Below are positions 51,267 to 64,000 of a DNA stretch of 64,000 bases, piece after piece; within the stretch, counting starts at the first letter, position 1; every line of letters starts with the position of its first letter. Position numbers and translations under genes: made by a program. The notes under the pieces were generated by a model. The model saw only the letters and a list, made by a program, of their open reading frames with translations. It ran no database searches and was not told the origin of the DNA. Origin of the DNA: Haliotis rubra (taxonomy: Eukaryota); contig NW_025766181.1 of NCBI RefSeq assembly GCF_003918875.1, positions 434,001 to 498,000 on the forward strand, given 5' to 3'.

Positions 51267-51741
51267 TATTATACTTTTTATTCATGTTTTCTAATTGTTA
51301 CGCATGTGTGTTTTCGAATGGATTCACTCTGTCTTGGTTCTTTACAATTGTAGCTAAAATCGACGAATCCTTTATCGCAACATATATACATATAGTGGAA
51401 ATGCGACTACCGATCAACGGGTATAAGGAGCTAACACTGTGGTAAGTTCTTTATGACCATAGTGTACAGCACAGAAATTAGACGACAGCAATTAATCCGC
51501 CTGGTTTTTCAGCGAGACTAATTCCACTGCACTTGAAAGGCACAGATTATACGAACGGATCCCAGAATGAAGGCTATGACTTCAAGTGCTTGAGCACAGG
51601 GTAAAGTTACGAGCAAATCTCTGTTAAAATTATGTTTAGCTCATTACGACGCAAGAGTGAAGAAGTTATTGTCCACGAAATTGTTTCCTTTGGAGTTCAA
51701 CGGTGCTGTAGAACATCTGATTTCCAACTGATCAAGACCAA

Positions 51742-52015
51742 GTGAGTGAGTGAGTGAGTTATTGTTTAACGTCACATCGGCAATATTGAAGCCATATCGT
51801 GACGAGAACATATTTGATTTTGAAGTGGAATATATGTATATTATAAAAACCTGTCGACGAAGGACAGTAAAACAACTAGAATATCACAATTAGAATTAAA
51901 ACTAGCGTGGAAAGTTTAAAACTAATAGCACTATTGGGACAATACAATATAAAATCAGGCTACAGATCGCCAACAACAGAAGGCAGATCACCATACTAGG
52001 GACCATGGGGACTTA
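51742..52015 (-). mobile_element. 3' end of a retroposon (probable LINE 3' UTR), same family as 8693-9145
   Basis: (GAGT)n tail; flanked by duplicated ATCAAGACCAAGT. Confidence 0.75.
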
Positions 52016-52024
52016 TCAAGACCA

Positions 52025-52190
52025 AGTAAGTGAGTATATATTTACGCCGCTTTTAGCAATATTCCAGCAATATCACGACGGGGAACACCAGAAAGGGGCT
52101 TCACACGTTATACCCACATGGGGATTCGAACCCGGGTCTTTGTCGTGACGGATGAACACTTTAACATATACACGTAGGATACCCCTCCGA
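52025..52190 (-). mobile_element. SINE family A
   Basis: Family A tail, body and B box. Confidence 0.8.
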
Positions 52191-52561
52191 CCCTTCCATC
52201 GCCTGTATATATTTCAGTAGAGATAATCTGTATTATCAAACGACACGTGAAGGTCACTACAGTCTCATAAAGAAACATGCGTGATCGTGTCTTCATCTAA
52301 AGTTATCAACCACATACTTGCATGCAGGATTTATAAAGTAAAGTTACGCTAAAGGTAAGCCGTTATAGACGTCAGAGGAATACGTTTACAAAATATAGCT
52401 GTAACACACGGTACATTCCAAAGTGTTCCGGAGTACATGTCAACCCCTCAATGTCAGTGCTGATGTATTAGAATGTCTGTCCCTGACAAATGTCCCTAAC
52501 CTTCAAACACAAGCGATAGATATCCATGTCACAACCTGTCTCTGGACATATGTGCTACATT

Positions 52562-52914
52562 TATAGTCCGTTTGGCTCAAAAGCGGACCGATGAATTGCA
52601 ATCTAACTCGTAAACTAATAAAAATAACATACTCAATGAAACGCTGATCATAATCAAAACATCATACCCACTCTGTGAGGTTTTCGCAGAATTTTTGTAC
52701 TCAAAATAATAAAGTTGTTTAACAAACTATCATTAAAATATTGACACAGTTCACTGTTTGTTACGAGGGAGGAGTGCAGAGAAAGGGACAGCCAGGTGTT
52801 CGAGAAGCACGTTCACAGACAAAGTTATTTATTCATTAACCTGTGCTGTGCCGTCTCCATCCGTTCGAGTTAGATTGCAATTCATCGGTCCGCTTTTGAG
52901 CCAAACGGACTATA
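52562..52914. mobile_element. MITE with perfect 49-bp terminal inverted repeats
   Basis: TATAGTCCGTTTGGCTCAAAAGCGGACCGATGAATTGCAATCTAACTCG at 52562-52610 and its exact reverse complement at 52866-52914. Confidence 0.92.
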
Positions 52915-53123
52915 GAACATATGATATAAGCAGTTTTAACAATCGAACGTTGTGTTCTGCTATAAATAGGGGTGATATATTATTAGCCTATTCCTCAGCT
53001 GACATTAGGCAAAGGTTCCACAGTACTTTGCATGTTTAGCACGGATATTATCAGCTCTCTGCTCTCTGCTCCAGGGTAATACAGTCACTGAACCGTTAGT
53101 ACGAGGCAAGTGAAAATATACAC

Positions 53124-53269
53124 GGGCGGCAGGGTGGCCTAGTGCATAAAGCGTTCGAGTCCCCACATGGGTACAATGTGTGAAGCCCATTTCTGGTGTA
53201 CCCCCACCGCGATATTGCTGGAATATTGCTGAAAGCGACGTAAAACCAAACGCACTCGCACTCACTCAC
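53124..53269 (+). mobile_element. SINE family A with a deletion in the head
   Basis: CCCCACATGGGTACAATGTGTGAAGCCC body and (ACTC)n tail. Confidence 0.85.
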
Positions 53270-53420
53270 CTACAACCGCTCTTCAGAGAAGTAACTGTTT
53301 AATTCTTACAAAAGATAAAATAGGAAAATATACATATCGGTCTAACTTAAAATACACTGTTATGTTCTCCTCCGCAGTAAAGATAATCCTGTGATATGAC
53401 CGAATAATAATATAATCTAT

Positions 53421-54350
53421 ATTTGCACTGAGAAGGCCACAGGCCTATAGTACATAAAGTTATGTTACATTTGAGAGGAATTTAGATCGGGTAATCATAG
53501 CATAGTAAATGAACATTGAAATATTTTGTAGAAGAACTGGATTTTTACTACTTAACAGTGAGGAGAATTTTATCACATTTGGATGGACATAGTTATATCT
53601 TTTAATATATGTTGTTCGCAACCGGTCATAAAATGGACATATTAGGAGAAAATGTAATTCATCTTCTATTTCGTTAAAATTACAAAGTGTACATATTCTA
53701 TTTTCTCTTTTTACATTCATATATCTGCCTCTTTCAATCAACAAATCATGAGAAGAGCATCTGAATCTTGCCAGTGCTATTCTGAACTTTTTAACATTAA
53801 CACAGGATAGATATGACTCAAGGACTATGGCATTTTTAAACAATGAATAATACATGCATTTATTTGATAAGGATATCCTTTCACACCATGTTTGAATATA
53901 CATATCTTTTAGTCTTGTCGTTAAGGATTGTATGAATAACGTAGGTGATTCGACATATTGTGTATTCCATGTAATTCCAAAACCAATAGAATATAAAAAG
54001 TTTTTTACATTGGTTGCCCAGTTGTTTTGTTCACCTTTATCATATAACAACATCATATTATAACACTTCTTGGGTAAGGCATAATCAACAGTTTTAGCCA
54101 GTACTTAATAACTTCAATGCTTGTAAGAATGTGCATTGGGTACCTACCGCAGTCACCATAAATCACTGCGTTAATAGCGTTAATTTTAACTCCGAGGAAT
54201 TTTTTGCATGCGTATAAATGGATTTTTTCAATTTCGTCAAATTTTGTTATTCCCCAAATTTCGGCCCCATGTGATAAAATTGGAGTGACTTTGGCATCAA
54301 ATATTTTAAAGAATGAAGAGAAGTTAATATTACCAAGTACACTCAACTGT
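53421..54350 (-). mobile_element. 5'-truncated non-LTR retrotransposon (RTE-X-like), ORF2 C-terminus with a frameshift at ~54055
   Basis: FRCSSHDLLIERGRY...ICTLC..EIEDELHFLLICPFY zinc-knuckle region; 3' UTR GTACTATAGGCCTGTGGCCT. Confidence 0.85.
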
Positions 54351-55120
54351 TTCAAATCTCTTTATTCCATTACTGAAGAGGCCACAGGCCTATAGTACAA
54401 AAATATAAAACAATAATGGCATACAATAACAATGTTTGCAAACGTTATTTCTTTGTTCAAAAGCATGGTGGATATACATCCCAAGTTTACGAATATAAGT
54501 TGTATTATTAGAGTTCATTATCAAATTAAATTTAAACATGGTAGGATGTGAATAGTAATATTGTGGTAGATATTTTGTCCTTAAATCAGCAAAGTAAGGA
54601 CATACCAGCAAAAAGTGGAATTCATCTTCAATTACATTTAGTGCACAAAATTTGCACAATCTGTTATCTCTTGGAATATTATAATATCTGCCCTTCTCGA
54701 TCATAAGATCATGTGAAGAGCATCTAAATCTGGATAATGAAACGTGGAATTTTCTAAGATTGATATCGTGTAGGTATTGCTCTGTATGGAAAAAAGATTT
54801 AAAAGTACTGTAAAAAGTGGATTTGGGCGACTGTATTAAAGATGAGTTCCAGGTCTGAATGTACATATCTTTTAATCTTTGCGATAAAGCATTATAAAAT
54901 GATTTTGGGCAGGTAATCTTTTGTGACAAAAATACATCACTAAAACCACAATGATTTAGTAAATTTCTAACATTCGTTACCCAATTTGATTTTCCGTTGG
55001 TGTCAAACAAATACATCATGTTATAACATTTCTTAGGAAATCTTGATGCAGGCATATTCAAGAGCTTTACCCAGTATTTGATAACTTTTATCTGTGCTTC
55101 TAGATAAAGTGGGAAGCGAC
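54351..55120 (-). mobile_element. Second 5'-truncated RTE-X-like LINE, ORF2 C-terminus
   Basis: FRCSSHDLMIEKGRY...LCKFC...IEDEFHFLLVCPY; same 3' UTR motif plus AATAAAGAGATTTGA. Confidence 0.85.
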
Positions 55121-55913
55121 TGTTTCATAATTCCAATTAATGCTTTTGGCCCTGTAACGCTGCATATTTTACATATGACTAAATGTTGTTATGTATACAA
55201 ATTCTGTTAAACGTGGGTCAAGTATTTGTCAAGGAGTAGCTAATTCTTGGGTAATGATTTCGGTCCGAAATTGTAACTAGCAAACACTGACCATGTACCC
55301 ATAAGGTGTGTACCACAACGTTCATGACAAGACAGGTTAATTACTGTAGCATGGATGAAACATAGTTGAGGTCTATCATAGGACGCTGATGGTCAGTTTA
55401 CAATGTGGATTAACTTGATACAACCAATGGTGTCTACCTACATGTATACATACACCCGTACATGTCCTCAAAGAAGTAGTAACTATTTATTTCTTACTAA
55501 AGCTATAATATGTTTAGAAAATGCATTTGTAGCTGTTAAGGAGAATACAGTCTCCTGTCCTCTTGCAATATTGCTAACTCTGTGATATGACGAACTATTG
55601 CCATGCTTACGTTCTTTTTTAACTGCCCGTCCAGTGTTTGTTGAGGTGTAGCAATTCCATGGCTATCACTAATTATAAACTGTCAGTGTAATGTGTCAGT
55701 ACAATTATAGAATACATGTAATTAGTGAATAACACACATGTGCATGGTATAGTTGGAATCGTACAATGGACTTTGTTTTAGCTTTGTCTAAATTTAATGA
55801 ATACAACATTGATGTGTAAAGGGAGTATTATGGAATTGGAGAATCGTCCGTGGTCAAATCAGCTGCTGCCGAACCAACATTGGTGTGCACCAACAGCTGC
55901 TGGATGTCCTTAC

Positions 55914-56150
55914 CTGGCAGTGCTCTGTTCCAGGTACCTGGGGACCTGTGTGGTGGCTGTGACACAGGAACAATGGGTGTGAACATGGGCGGCGGAGAAG
56001 TCCATGGTGACTGTAGCGGTAGTACTGGGAAGCTGTACATTGGTATTCCCGGTCTTGGCATGATCAGAGGAATAGGGGGAAGGGTCCCCTGAAAGGGGCC
56101 TTTATAGAGCTGTGATATTTGACGAAAGGGTGATGGAGTGAAGGAGGGAG
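55914..56150 (-). CDS. Giant secreted protein, Pro-rich 237-nt exon (SPSFTPSPFRQISQLYKGPFQGTLPPIPLIMPRPGIPMYSFPV...RALP)
   Basis: Acceptor ctttttcgtttctgtttcag, donor CAG|GTAAGG, phase 1-1, frame-consistent with both neighbouring exons. Confidence 0.82.
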
Positions 56151-57293
56151 CTGAAACAGAAACGAAAAAGTTACTTTAGGATGTCTGGAACATGTTTCAT
56201 GTGAAGAGGTGTTAATGTTATTCGGGTATGGAATGTGGTGCATGTGAAGAGGGTTAATATCAGACGTGCTTGGGTAATGATTCATGTGAACGTTATAAGT
56301 GCTACGCATTTCTGTAACGTGATGAATGTAATCGTTGATCTGTGTTTGGCATGTCTGGACAATGATAAAAGAAAACGCTGATTTGTGTCAGTCGAATCTT
56401 GAATTTGATGAATGTAACCGTTGATGTGTGTCAGACGTGTACAGAGCATAATATATTGTCGAGACATGCTGGTCAATCTGTGAAATATTATCAAAGACCT
56501 CAAAACGAGAATTATTATTGTAAGACAACCACAAAAAATAATCAAACTTATCATGGTTTAACCTCATAATGACATTAACAAAATATTACATATTTTTGAT
56601 AAGACAAAATACCATCGTTTCTGGTTTTACTTTTTTTCCCAAGAAGCTATCAACTAATCCACATGGTTAAATATATATCCATTTCAAATTTTGTTGATGT
56701 GAGATGTTGTGAAAAGTGAAGTAACGTTGCTTTCAAGTTCAACACCTGTATATGGCAGGTGTGGCTGCACGAGCGTGTGTGACTACTTCAGCGTTTCTGA
56801 CTTCTGCTGACGAGGCACGTGTACACGTGTATCCCACTCAAACACAACATACTGACGCCCAGTTTACGTGCCCAATTGGTAGCACAAGTCAAGGCAATAA
56901 CAAGAACCACCATCTTTTAAGACCTAACGCCGATCTTTCGCTTCTGCGACAGACGCCTTATGCATTTGACCAGGCATGTGGTTCACCTCCAAAAGAAATT
57001 CACAGTTGAACTTTTGGTCTCTGTGCTCCGTATAGTTTCAACAGCCACTGCGTTCTAGTGCCAACAGTGCTCACAAGAGGCGACACAAGGAATTGTGTGG
57101 TATGGAGTATAGAATTAGAGTAGGGGTACACATAACCATGAACGACGCTGAGGTGCCGCTGTAGTGACAAATGTGCAACAAATACTTGCATCAAATCACT
57201 TTTCATACAAACTGTTACTTATTCATGAAGTATAAACCTAATCGAAAAAGACCGAAGTAGAAACAAAACTCCCACATAATGTCATATACTTAC

Positions 57294-57384
57294 ATGGGGA
57301 TGGTGAAAGCCGCATAGGAATGTACGTGCCATTTATTAAACATGTTAGACATGCTAACACGAATATATACACAAGCATATCCAT
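57294..57384 (-). CDS. Giant secreted protein, signal-peptide exon (MDMLVYIFVLACLTCLING|TYIPMRLSPSP)
   Basis: Acceptor ttttatttgcag (exon starts 57395), GCAATGG start context, hydrophobic signal, donor T|GTAAGT, phase 1. Confidence 0.82.
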
Positions 57385-59004
57385 TGCGTTCCTTCCTGCA
57401 AATAAAACAAAAATCGTTTTTAGGGTAAACAATATACACATAAATGTCACTAAATGAATACAACATAAACAAATTCTAAAGACATCAAGTACATAACAAA
57501 TTTCATAAATTGTTAAACCGAATTAGTGAAAAGCGAGCATCGCAATCCAATCCTCCCGTCACAATGCACGGTGCACCGATGACGATCCACGAAAACGTGA
57601 AAGTAATTATTTAACTTTTGTCATATGATTTATCTCACAAATGTCGATTGGTGCTCAAGGCAGATGGGAAACAACACCCCTGCACTGACAGTTACACAAT
57701 GCCGCCAATCATGTAACTTCAAACAAAAGTACTTGGTTCCTGCGTAACGGTATAGTTCGAATATAATGATGGTGTTGAACTCGCTTTTGTATTTGATTTG
57801 TCAAAATAATGGATTTGTTTCATTCCTCTGGCGACGTCTTCGATTGTAGGGATTATGGATAAAGCTATAAACTACTGCCTTAAATCATAGTTTATAGGTG
57901 TAAGTTTATGCATCAATGCCAACGAGAAACACATATTCTTGAAAATAAGATTAAACTGTATTCTGCCATATCATATATTATAACAAACTCGAGGAAAGCT
58001 CTATAGTGTCAGTGAGGTAATTGGTTATAATTTATGTGGAAATTAACAACTTTAAAACGAAACATCTGGTAAATTGTTTCGTCATAGATGGCCGACTGTG
58101 TTCTGCAATCACCGTTCATGACGTTCAAAGGTATTGTTTGATGACTGTTGATTGGGTTCAATGATGACAGCAGCGACTTAAATACATTACAAATTATCTT
58201 TCATTAGAATTCTATCTTTTGAATACGTTTTAACAGAGAAATAATAATAGCTTAAGTAAGGAACTTTGCCTGGATTAGTTTACTTTAAACATTTCCGTGT
58301 AAAGACATCTTTCATGTCTACTAATATACTTATTGAATCTCATCAGAATCTGTTTCAGTGGACAATGGACATTGGTCTTTCTCTGCGGCGGTGTTAAACA
58401 ATATCCAAATCCAAACAGTCATCATGAGGCGAGTGACGTGCACTGAAGAACTAACACTTACAAGATTTGATTGAGTGTCAAGAAAACGCGTTTAAAACAT
58501 TGGGCTCAACCCATTCCAGTCATTCAATATCATCCATCTAGCACGATTAAATACGTGTCCTCAAACCCAGCTCTTGATCGTAAACTCCCCAAACTAAAAG
58601 GTAAAAATCTTACGTGGAAGCTATGACGCTAAAAAATACTCAACTTAACACATTGAATGCCCGATTCATTTAAATTACCGCACTTCACCTGTCGTGCTGT
58701 GACACATTAACTATATTAATAACATGAAATCGGGAAACCTTTACCTTCTTTTGAGTAGAGTATTCCAAACACAAAGGTAATCAATTTCTATTTTACGACA
58801 CATCCCGCATTGCTTGCGGCAGTTCAATTTAATTAAATTTAGTGCTGTCAAACGAACAGGTTACAGAGATTTAATCAGTGTAGCCTCCAAATATACGGAC
58901 ACCGACATACATGTACAGAGATCGTAGCTGACATACAGGAGAGCATTTAATTGATTGACATCCTTTACTCCAGAAACCGTCTGGTGGTGATTACGACAAT
59001 AATC

Positions 59005-59370
59005 GAGTGAGGGAGTGAGTGAGTGAGTGAAAATAGTTCAAATGTAGCACAAATACCCCATAAGTCACCTTGATATTTGTGAGTGAGTGAATGGGTTTGT
59101 GACTGAATGGGTTTGTGAGTGAGTGAGTGAGTGAGCGGGCGGGCGAGCGAGTGAGTGAGTGAGTGAGAGTGAGTGAGTGAGTGAGTGAGTGAGTGAGTGG
59201 GTGTGGTGGGTGGGTGGGTGAGTGAGTGAGTGAGTGAGTGAGTGAGTGAGTGAGTTTTGTACCGTTTCAAGACCGTGTTTCGTGTAATATCCTGACGAAC
59301 TACTTCAGAACACACAAAATTAGTAATCGAACCCGTTCGCCGTGACGAGCAATCAATAACCACTAGGCTC
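59005..59370 (-). repeat. Expanded (GAGT)n microsatellite grown from the tail of a degenerate SINE A
   Basis: (GAGT)n to ~59254, followed by a decayed family A body. Confidence 0.8.
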
Positions 59371-60412
59371 CGCTTAACCAAGGCCCTTACTTTATCATGG
59401 TTGTCGTAAGAACCGCTCGAAAAGAGTATTGGATGGTCAGACACAGTGACGTGGCTGCGTGTTCTTTTACACAGATGGCTCTGAACGTTGACCAAAAGTT
59501 CACCGCGTGCAAAGATATTTCCGGATTGTTCCATTTAAAGGTCGCCATGATATCATTGTAATATTGCTAATGTTCAACCACATTTACATACATACAATTC
59601 CATACATCATTGTATCAAGAAGGTTTAAAAAATATAGACCCTGAATTTGAAATTAATTACAACATCCCCAAACTTACAATAGTTCTGTATGACACCATTT
59701 GCCACGCTGACTGTGACACGTTGCAATTCATTAGATCAAAATGTAATTTATGTTACCATTTAAATCAATTAAATTGCTAATAAAATACCAGAATAGGGAG
59801 CAGTTATTTTTAGCTATGAAAAAAACCGTACGAAATATTTTGCATCATGCTGATCTTGTGTCTATATCTCTGTTTACAATTACACCTCTGTATCCATTCC
59901 GTCACTTTTATGGCTCTTCATGTTATATCTTAAAAACTTCTGATATGTATGTGTATAATGGGCCGGTGCCCCCCTTACTTAATAAACACACACATTGGAC
60001 TGGGCTATCCCACTAAACCTACTCATACAACAACGTTCAGCAGAGCGTTAGACTGTTTGACACAGTACATAATTAATCACGCGGTTCTACTGAAAGCGAA
60101 ATTGTGGTCCTTATAATGATTGATGAGGATGAAAGTCGTGACAGAGCCTGATTTTATTCTTATTTCCTCATGCAGTTACTTTCAGTCATCTGTCTAAATA
60201 TAATGAGAACAGACTGTCATCTACACAAAAACATCCCTTGTTATAATCGCATTAGTGTTCATTACAATTATTAGCCAGACAGGTCTGAAGCAAGGTTTTG
60301 CAAGATCCTTAAATTCCATGGCATCAGCACATTACGGTTTGGATATTACGGCGGAGACAGTAGGCACTGGCTGTGCCTATAGTATTCCTGTGGGGAACCG
60401 CCCCGATGTAAA

Positions 60413-60844
60413 CCCAGTCACCGCATAACGTTTTCGCAACGTTATTTCAAACGTTACAGCAACGTTACATATGTATGTTGTCAAAACGTTGCATATCGAC
60501 TACTACACAATATGTTGGTGTCACGATAGAATTTTCTGTAAAACTTTTCCCGTTGAGATTCTTTCTTCACTATTCAGCTACAGCTTCAGAAAACACACGA
60601 CCAAAACATACAAATTGTCGAATAAACATTGAAGTGAATTTCTGATTTGTTTCTGATGGACTGTTCACTACTGGGGAAACTATTCAGATATTAACGTTAA
60701 ACAGAACGCTAAGACAGCATAAAGTACGTTAGCATCAAATAACTTTAACATTGCGAGGACGTGAAATGACGTATCACAACGTTCACAGAATAACGTTGCA
60801 ACACGGAAGCATACCGTTGTGACAACGTTAAATTGTTAGCTGGG
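60413..60844. mobile_element. Non-autonomous DNA transposon-like element with CCCAG termini and AACGTT subterminal repeats
   Basis: CCCAGTCACCGCATAACGTT... and ...AACGTTAAATTGTTAGCTGGG. Confidence 0.55.
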
Positions 60845-62944
60845 ACAGTACCACTGTTTATATTGTACTCCTGTAAAAAGTAATCTGCGTGTTTGTTACT
60901 ACTAAAGTGCTGGTTAAACACCTCAAAGCACTGGTGGAAGGTCTGTCTCCTGTCTTTCACACTGAAGACGAAACATTTTCTCAAAGACAGAGCGAGCTTC
61001 CAAATAACGAAAGCACCGAAGGCTAACGAATGAAGTCGACATGGATTCTATATGAAATTAACAATGGTGTACATTAAAATCTTAACTGATGATCTCATGA
61101 TCTCATGAGTTTTATTCAGTATGTTATTTTACACATTGAACATAGAATTTGACAACTTTCCATTTTTCGTTATTGTTAGAGACAGGTATTTGTCAATATT
61201 TTGAGAAAGCAACTAAGAAACAGTACACATATATATTCTTGGTCGGGTATCTATGTTTTCTGTAATATATGTCAGCATATTTTCAAACGTGCACGCACAA
61301 ACTATGTTGGAACTTTCTAGCATGTTATTGATAATGAAACGTAAAGCGCTTTGTTCTGTTCATTCTAGTCATCACATCAAGTAGTAACGGGTTAAATTGG
61401 TGCTAAACCATGACTAAGGCTGAGGCATAGAAAACATGTATTGGTCCAGAAACAAACACATAATATCTTTTTATTAAAAACGAGATTCAGATTCAGAACA
61501 TTTAAACTGAACTTTCGTATTACAGCAAGGCCTGGGAAGGTGATGGTTCTGGAACTGTAGGACGAACCAACACACGCTCAGCAGGGGGACAGCAGTCCAC
61601 ATTCATCACACGACGATAGTGCAGAAACTGACGCAAACAGTTGATGCCTATTTTTCAGATATATTCCCTGAACATGTTTTTGTTTTTAGAAATCTAGTCT
61701 GTTGTAAATTTATCTGATATTTTTGCACATGTGTACATTAAACATGCATGATCTTTTAGTTGTCATTGTTCATAAGAATTATCTGTTATATATGTAGAAA
61801 AATATATCAATATATAAACATATCTACATAGAATGAGTATGGGGTTAAATACAAGGGTATGTCATCATGACAATATTTGATTTTAAACACATTTTCTGTG
61901 GCATGTTAATTCCTAACCAAAAAGACATAATGCTACAGTTGTCTTTGAGTACCGCTAAATGAACACCAGAATATACCTATATAAAGCTACAGCGACATAG
62001 TAGATGGTCTCTCAGGGTCTTGTCAACAGAATGTTACCAAAACTAAAAACACCCACACATTTGTCATTTAATTCTATTTAAGTACCACACACATCCTCTG
62101 GGGCAGTCAGTATGATCAACTTGTTGAGACAAGTCTCTGTAATTTACTACTTATTTTAAGAGCTTTAAATGGAGGAATTGTAATGTATTTAAATAATCCA
62201 TGAAACAAAGTTCAGATTTGTACGTAAAAGAAGAGGATGCACGTTGTATATAGAATCGTTACTCAAGTGCATTTAAGAAATTTCGTTCATAATACAGAAT
62301 TCTATTTTTAGGGTGTTAATAAACGAAATCAAAAGGCAATAAATTTGCTTAGGATTTAAGCTTGAATAATCGTTGTCCTTTGAACGAGACTGGCTTTGAA
62401 TGAAATTTTTAAATCGCGAGTTACGTCCCTTTCTAAAGGTAAACGTTGGGAATTCTTAAGGTCGACAAACCTTTCTGAATCAACATTTACAAGCACCCTA
62501 AGCGTCTGCCACCGTGAGTTTAAAGCATGTCAATAACGTTAGAAACGTGACGACCTCAGGTCGGAACCTATTGTCAACTTCGGGGAGTTGCACGAAAACT
62601 GAGAACACTCGAAGAGCGCTTTAGGCTTTTGTGAGTTCTGTCAAAACATTTGGGTTTTCAACGTTGTACACCACTATTTCACGTGACAAACTTAAGGAAT
62701 AACGACATTCCTTGATATATGGGATATTTGGTAATTAACGTTGTGACGAAAGACATGCTGTCGAATCTATCTTCAGAGATTCAGGGCAATTTGTCAAAAA
62801 TGAAAACAAATGCAGTTTGAAGTTTACTGACACATAATATGTGAAATGCTAGAAACATATTTGATGTTGCTGAAACTGATGTTGGCCCAGCACTTGATAT
62901 TCTCATTGGAATCCTAGTGTAGTGAATGCAGACAGAACGACAAA

Positions 62945-63086
62945 TGTGCTTTTAGGAATGTTCCAGAATATCACGGCGGGGGACACCAGAAATGGGTTTC
63001 ACACATTGTGCCCATGTGGGGAATCAAACCCGCGTCTTGGGCGTCACGAACGAACGCTTTAAGAACAAGGCTACATAACCGCCCCT
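62945..63086 (-). mobile_element. SINE family A
   Basis: Family A body and head. Confidence 0.8.
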
Positions 63087-63379
63087 GTAATTTTGAAGTG
63101 AGAACTTGACAACTGAAGACCTTTGTCTTCTGAACATCTAAGGACCAATATGACAATAATGATGATCTACAAGCCAGATAAAGTGTATGTCACAGAGAAA
63201 ATAATAACATGAAGGCAAGATATATGTAGCTACTGATGTATGTAAACATCATGACTTTGTTAAAGACACATAAAGAAGGTTTGAAGCTTTGTTAGCTAAT
63301 TATCAGCCTTACCTAATATATCACTAATATTCAACAACCATTTGAGGAGGAGTTTGCAGAGGTTGTATCAGACTCATGG

Positions 63380-63710
63380 GATGAAACTAATGAACATGTT
63401 GATGAACTTAACGATGGTGATAATTGCACCAGAGATTGTAGTGGCGCTTCAAGAGTTTCCACATCAGAAGGCACTAGGGCCAGATGGCAATGTGACTGAA
63501 ATGATGAAATATTCCCTTTACTTTATCATGCCTTATCTATTGACAATATTCAACAAGTGTCTAGAACCTGGACATTTCCACAAGCTGTGTGATGGAAGCA
63601 TACATCCACTGCATAAAGGTGGTGAGACAGGAGAACCTCCGAATTAAGGAGGAATTTGGTTGTTAAATATAATCGTTTTCATTTTGCAAACATACATTGA
63701 ATGAAAGAAT
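63380..63710 (+). mobile_element. Degenerate LINE reverse transcriptase fragment
   Basis: KALGPDG...LLTIFNKCL...IHPLHKGGETGEPPN*GGI.LL matches the KAPGPDG / P..K.G....NYRGISLL motifs, with a stop. Confidence 0.8.
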
Positions 63711-64000
63711 CACTAATTGCACAGAAGTAAACACCAAGCTATATGAGGTCGGAGAGTAAACAGGTTACAGGTGAGGTTATTCGAATTCAATTACAGAGAA
63801 TATATTTATCTCAGAGTAAATCATTCAGAAGTACGTATCAAAGAGGAAAGACTTTGCTTATTGATGCTTAAGAGTGTTCGACCCGATGCAACACTTGCTT
63901 TCATTTATATATTTAAGAAATAGTGGAATATCGCTAGCACTTATACTGTTTTTACATCAGATCGACATTGAGATCTTGTGTTAACACATACAGTGGACTT

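Noticed and set aside
57396-59000. Promoter and non-coding first exon of the giant gene
   Set aside because: Several donor-like sites (e.g. ~58688, ~58745), but none with a convincing TATA/Inr; left unassigned
61526-61620. Plus-strand exon-like stretch KAWEGDGSGTVGRTNTRSAGGQQSTFITRR*
   Set aside because: No partner exons found; the GGQQS match is too short to be meaningful

Overview
AT-rich, intron-containing animal genomic DNA. The SINE families with (ACTC)n tails and a Meta-type core point to a gastropod mollusc, probably abalone (inference). I reconstructed two spliced minus-strand genes by hand; neither appears intact in the ORF track. (1) A giant secreted low-complexity protein gene (~57.4 kb to ~28.5 kb, ~6,600 aa). 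It has a signal-peptide exon, a Pro-rich exon, one ~17.9-kb exon broken by several frameshifts (probably mostly assembly errors), two candidate micro-exons and a final coding exon, all joined by phase-1 introns. The protein has ~70 copies of a 25-aa S/T/G/Q/Y repeat with 9-mer higher-order structure, a second His-periodic 25-aa repeat family, and eight copies of an unrecognised C-x4/5-C-I-D-K...YL..N.SP.A.G mini-domain that holds all Cys of the mature chain. (2) A small 64-aa secreted Gly/Arg/Tyr/Gln-rich peptide gene (8254 to 5337) with TATA/Inr and the same phase-1 exon architecture. The rest is three tRNA-derived or Meta-type SINE families, RTE-X-like LINE 3' fragments, a Tc1 remnant, several MITEs, 49-, 53- and 35-bp minisatellites, a gapped GA-rich satellite and a possible Mab-21-like pseudo-exon.
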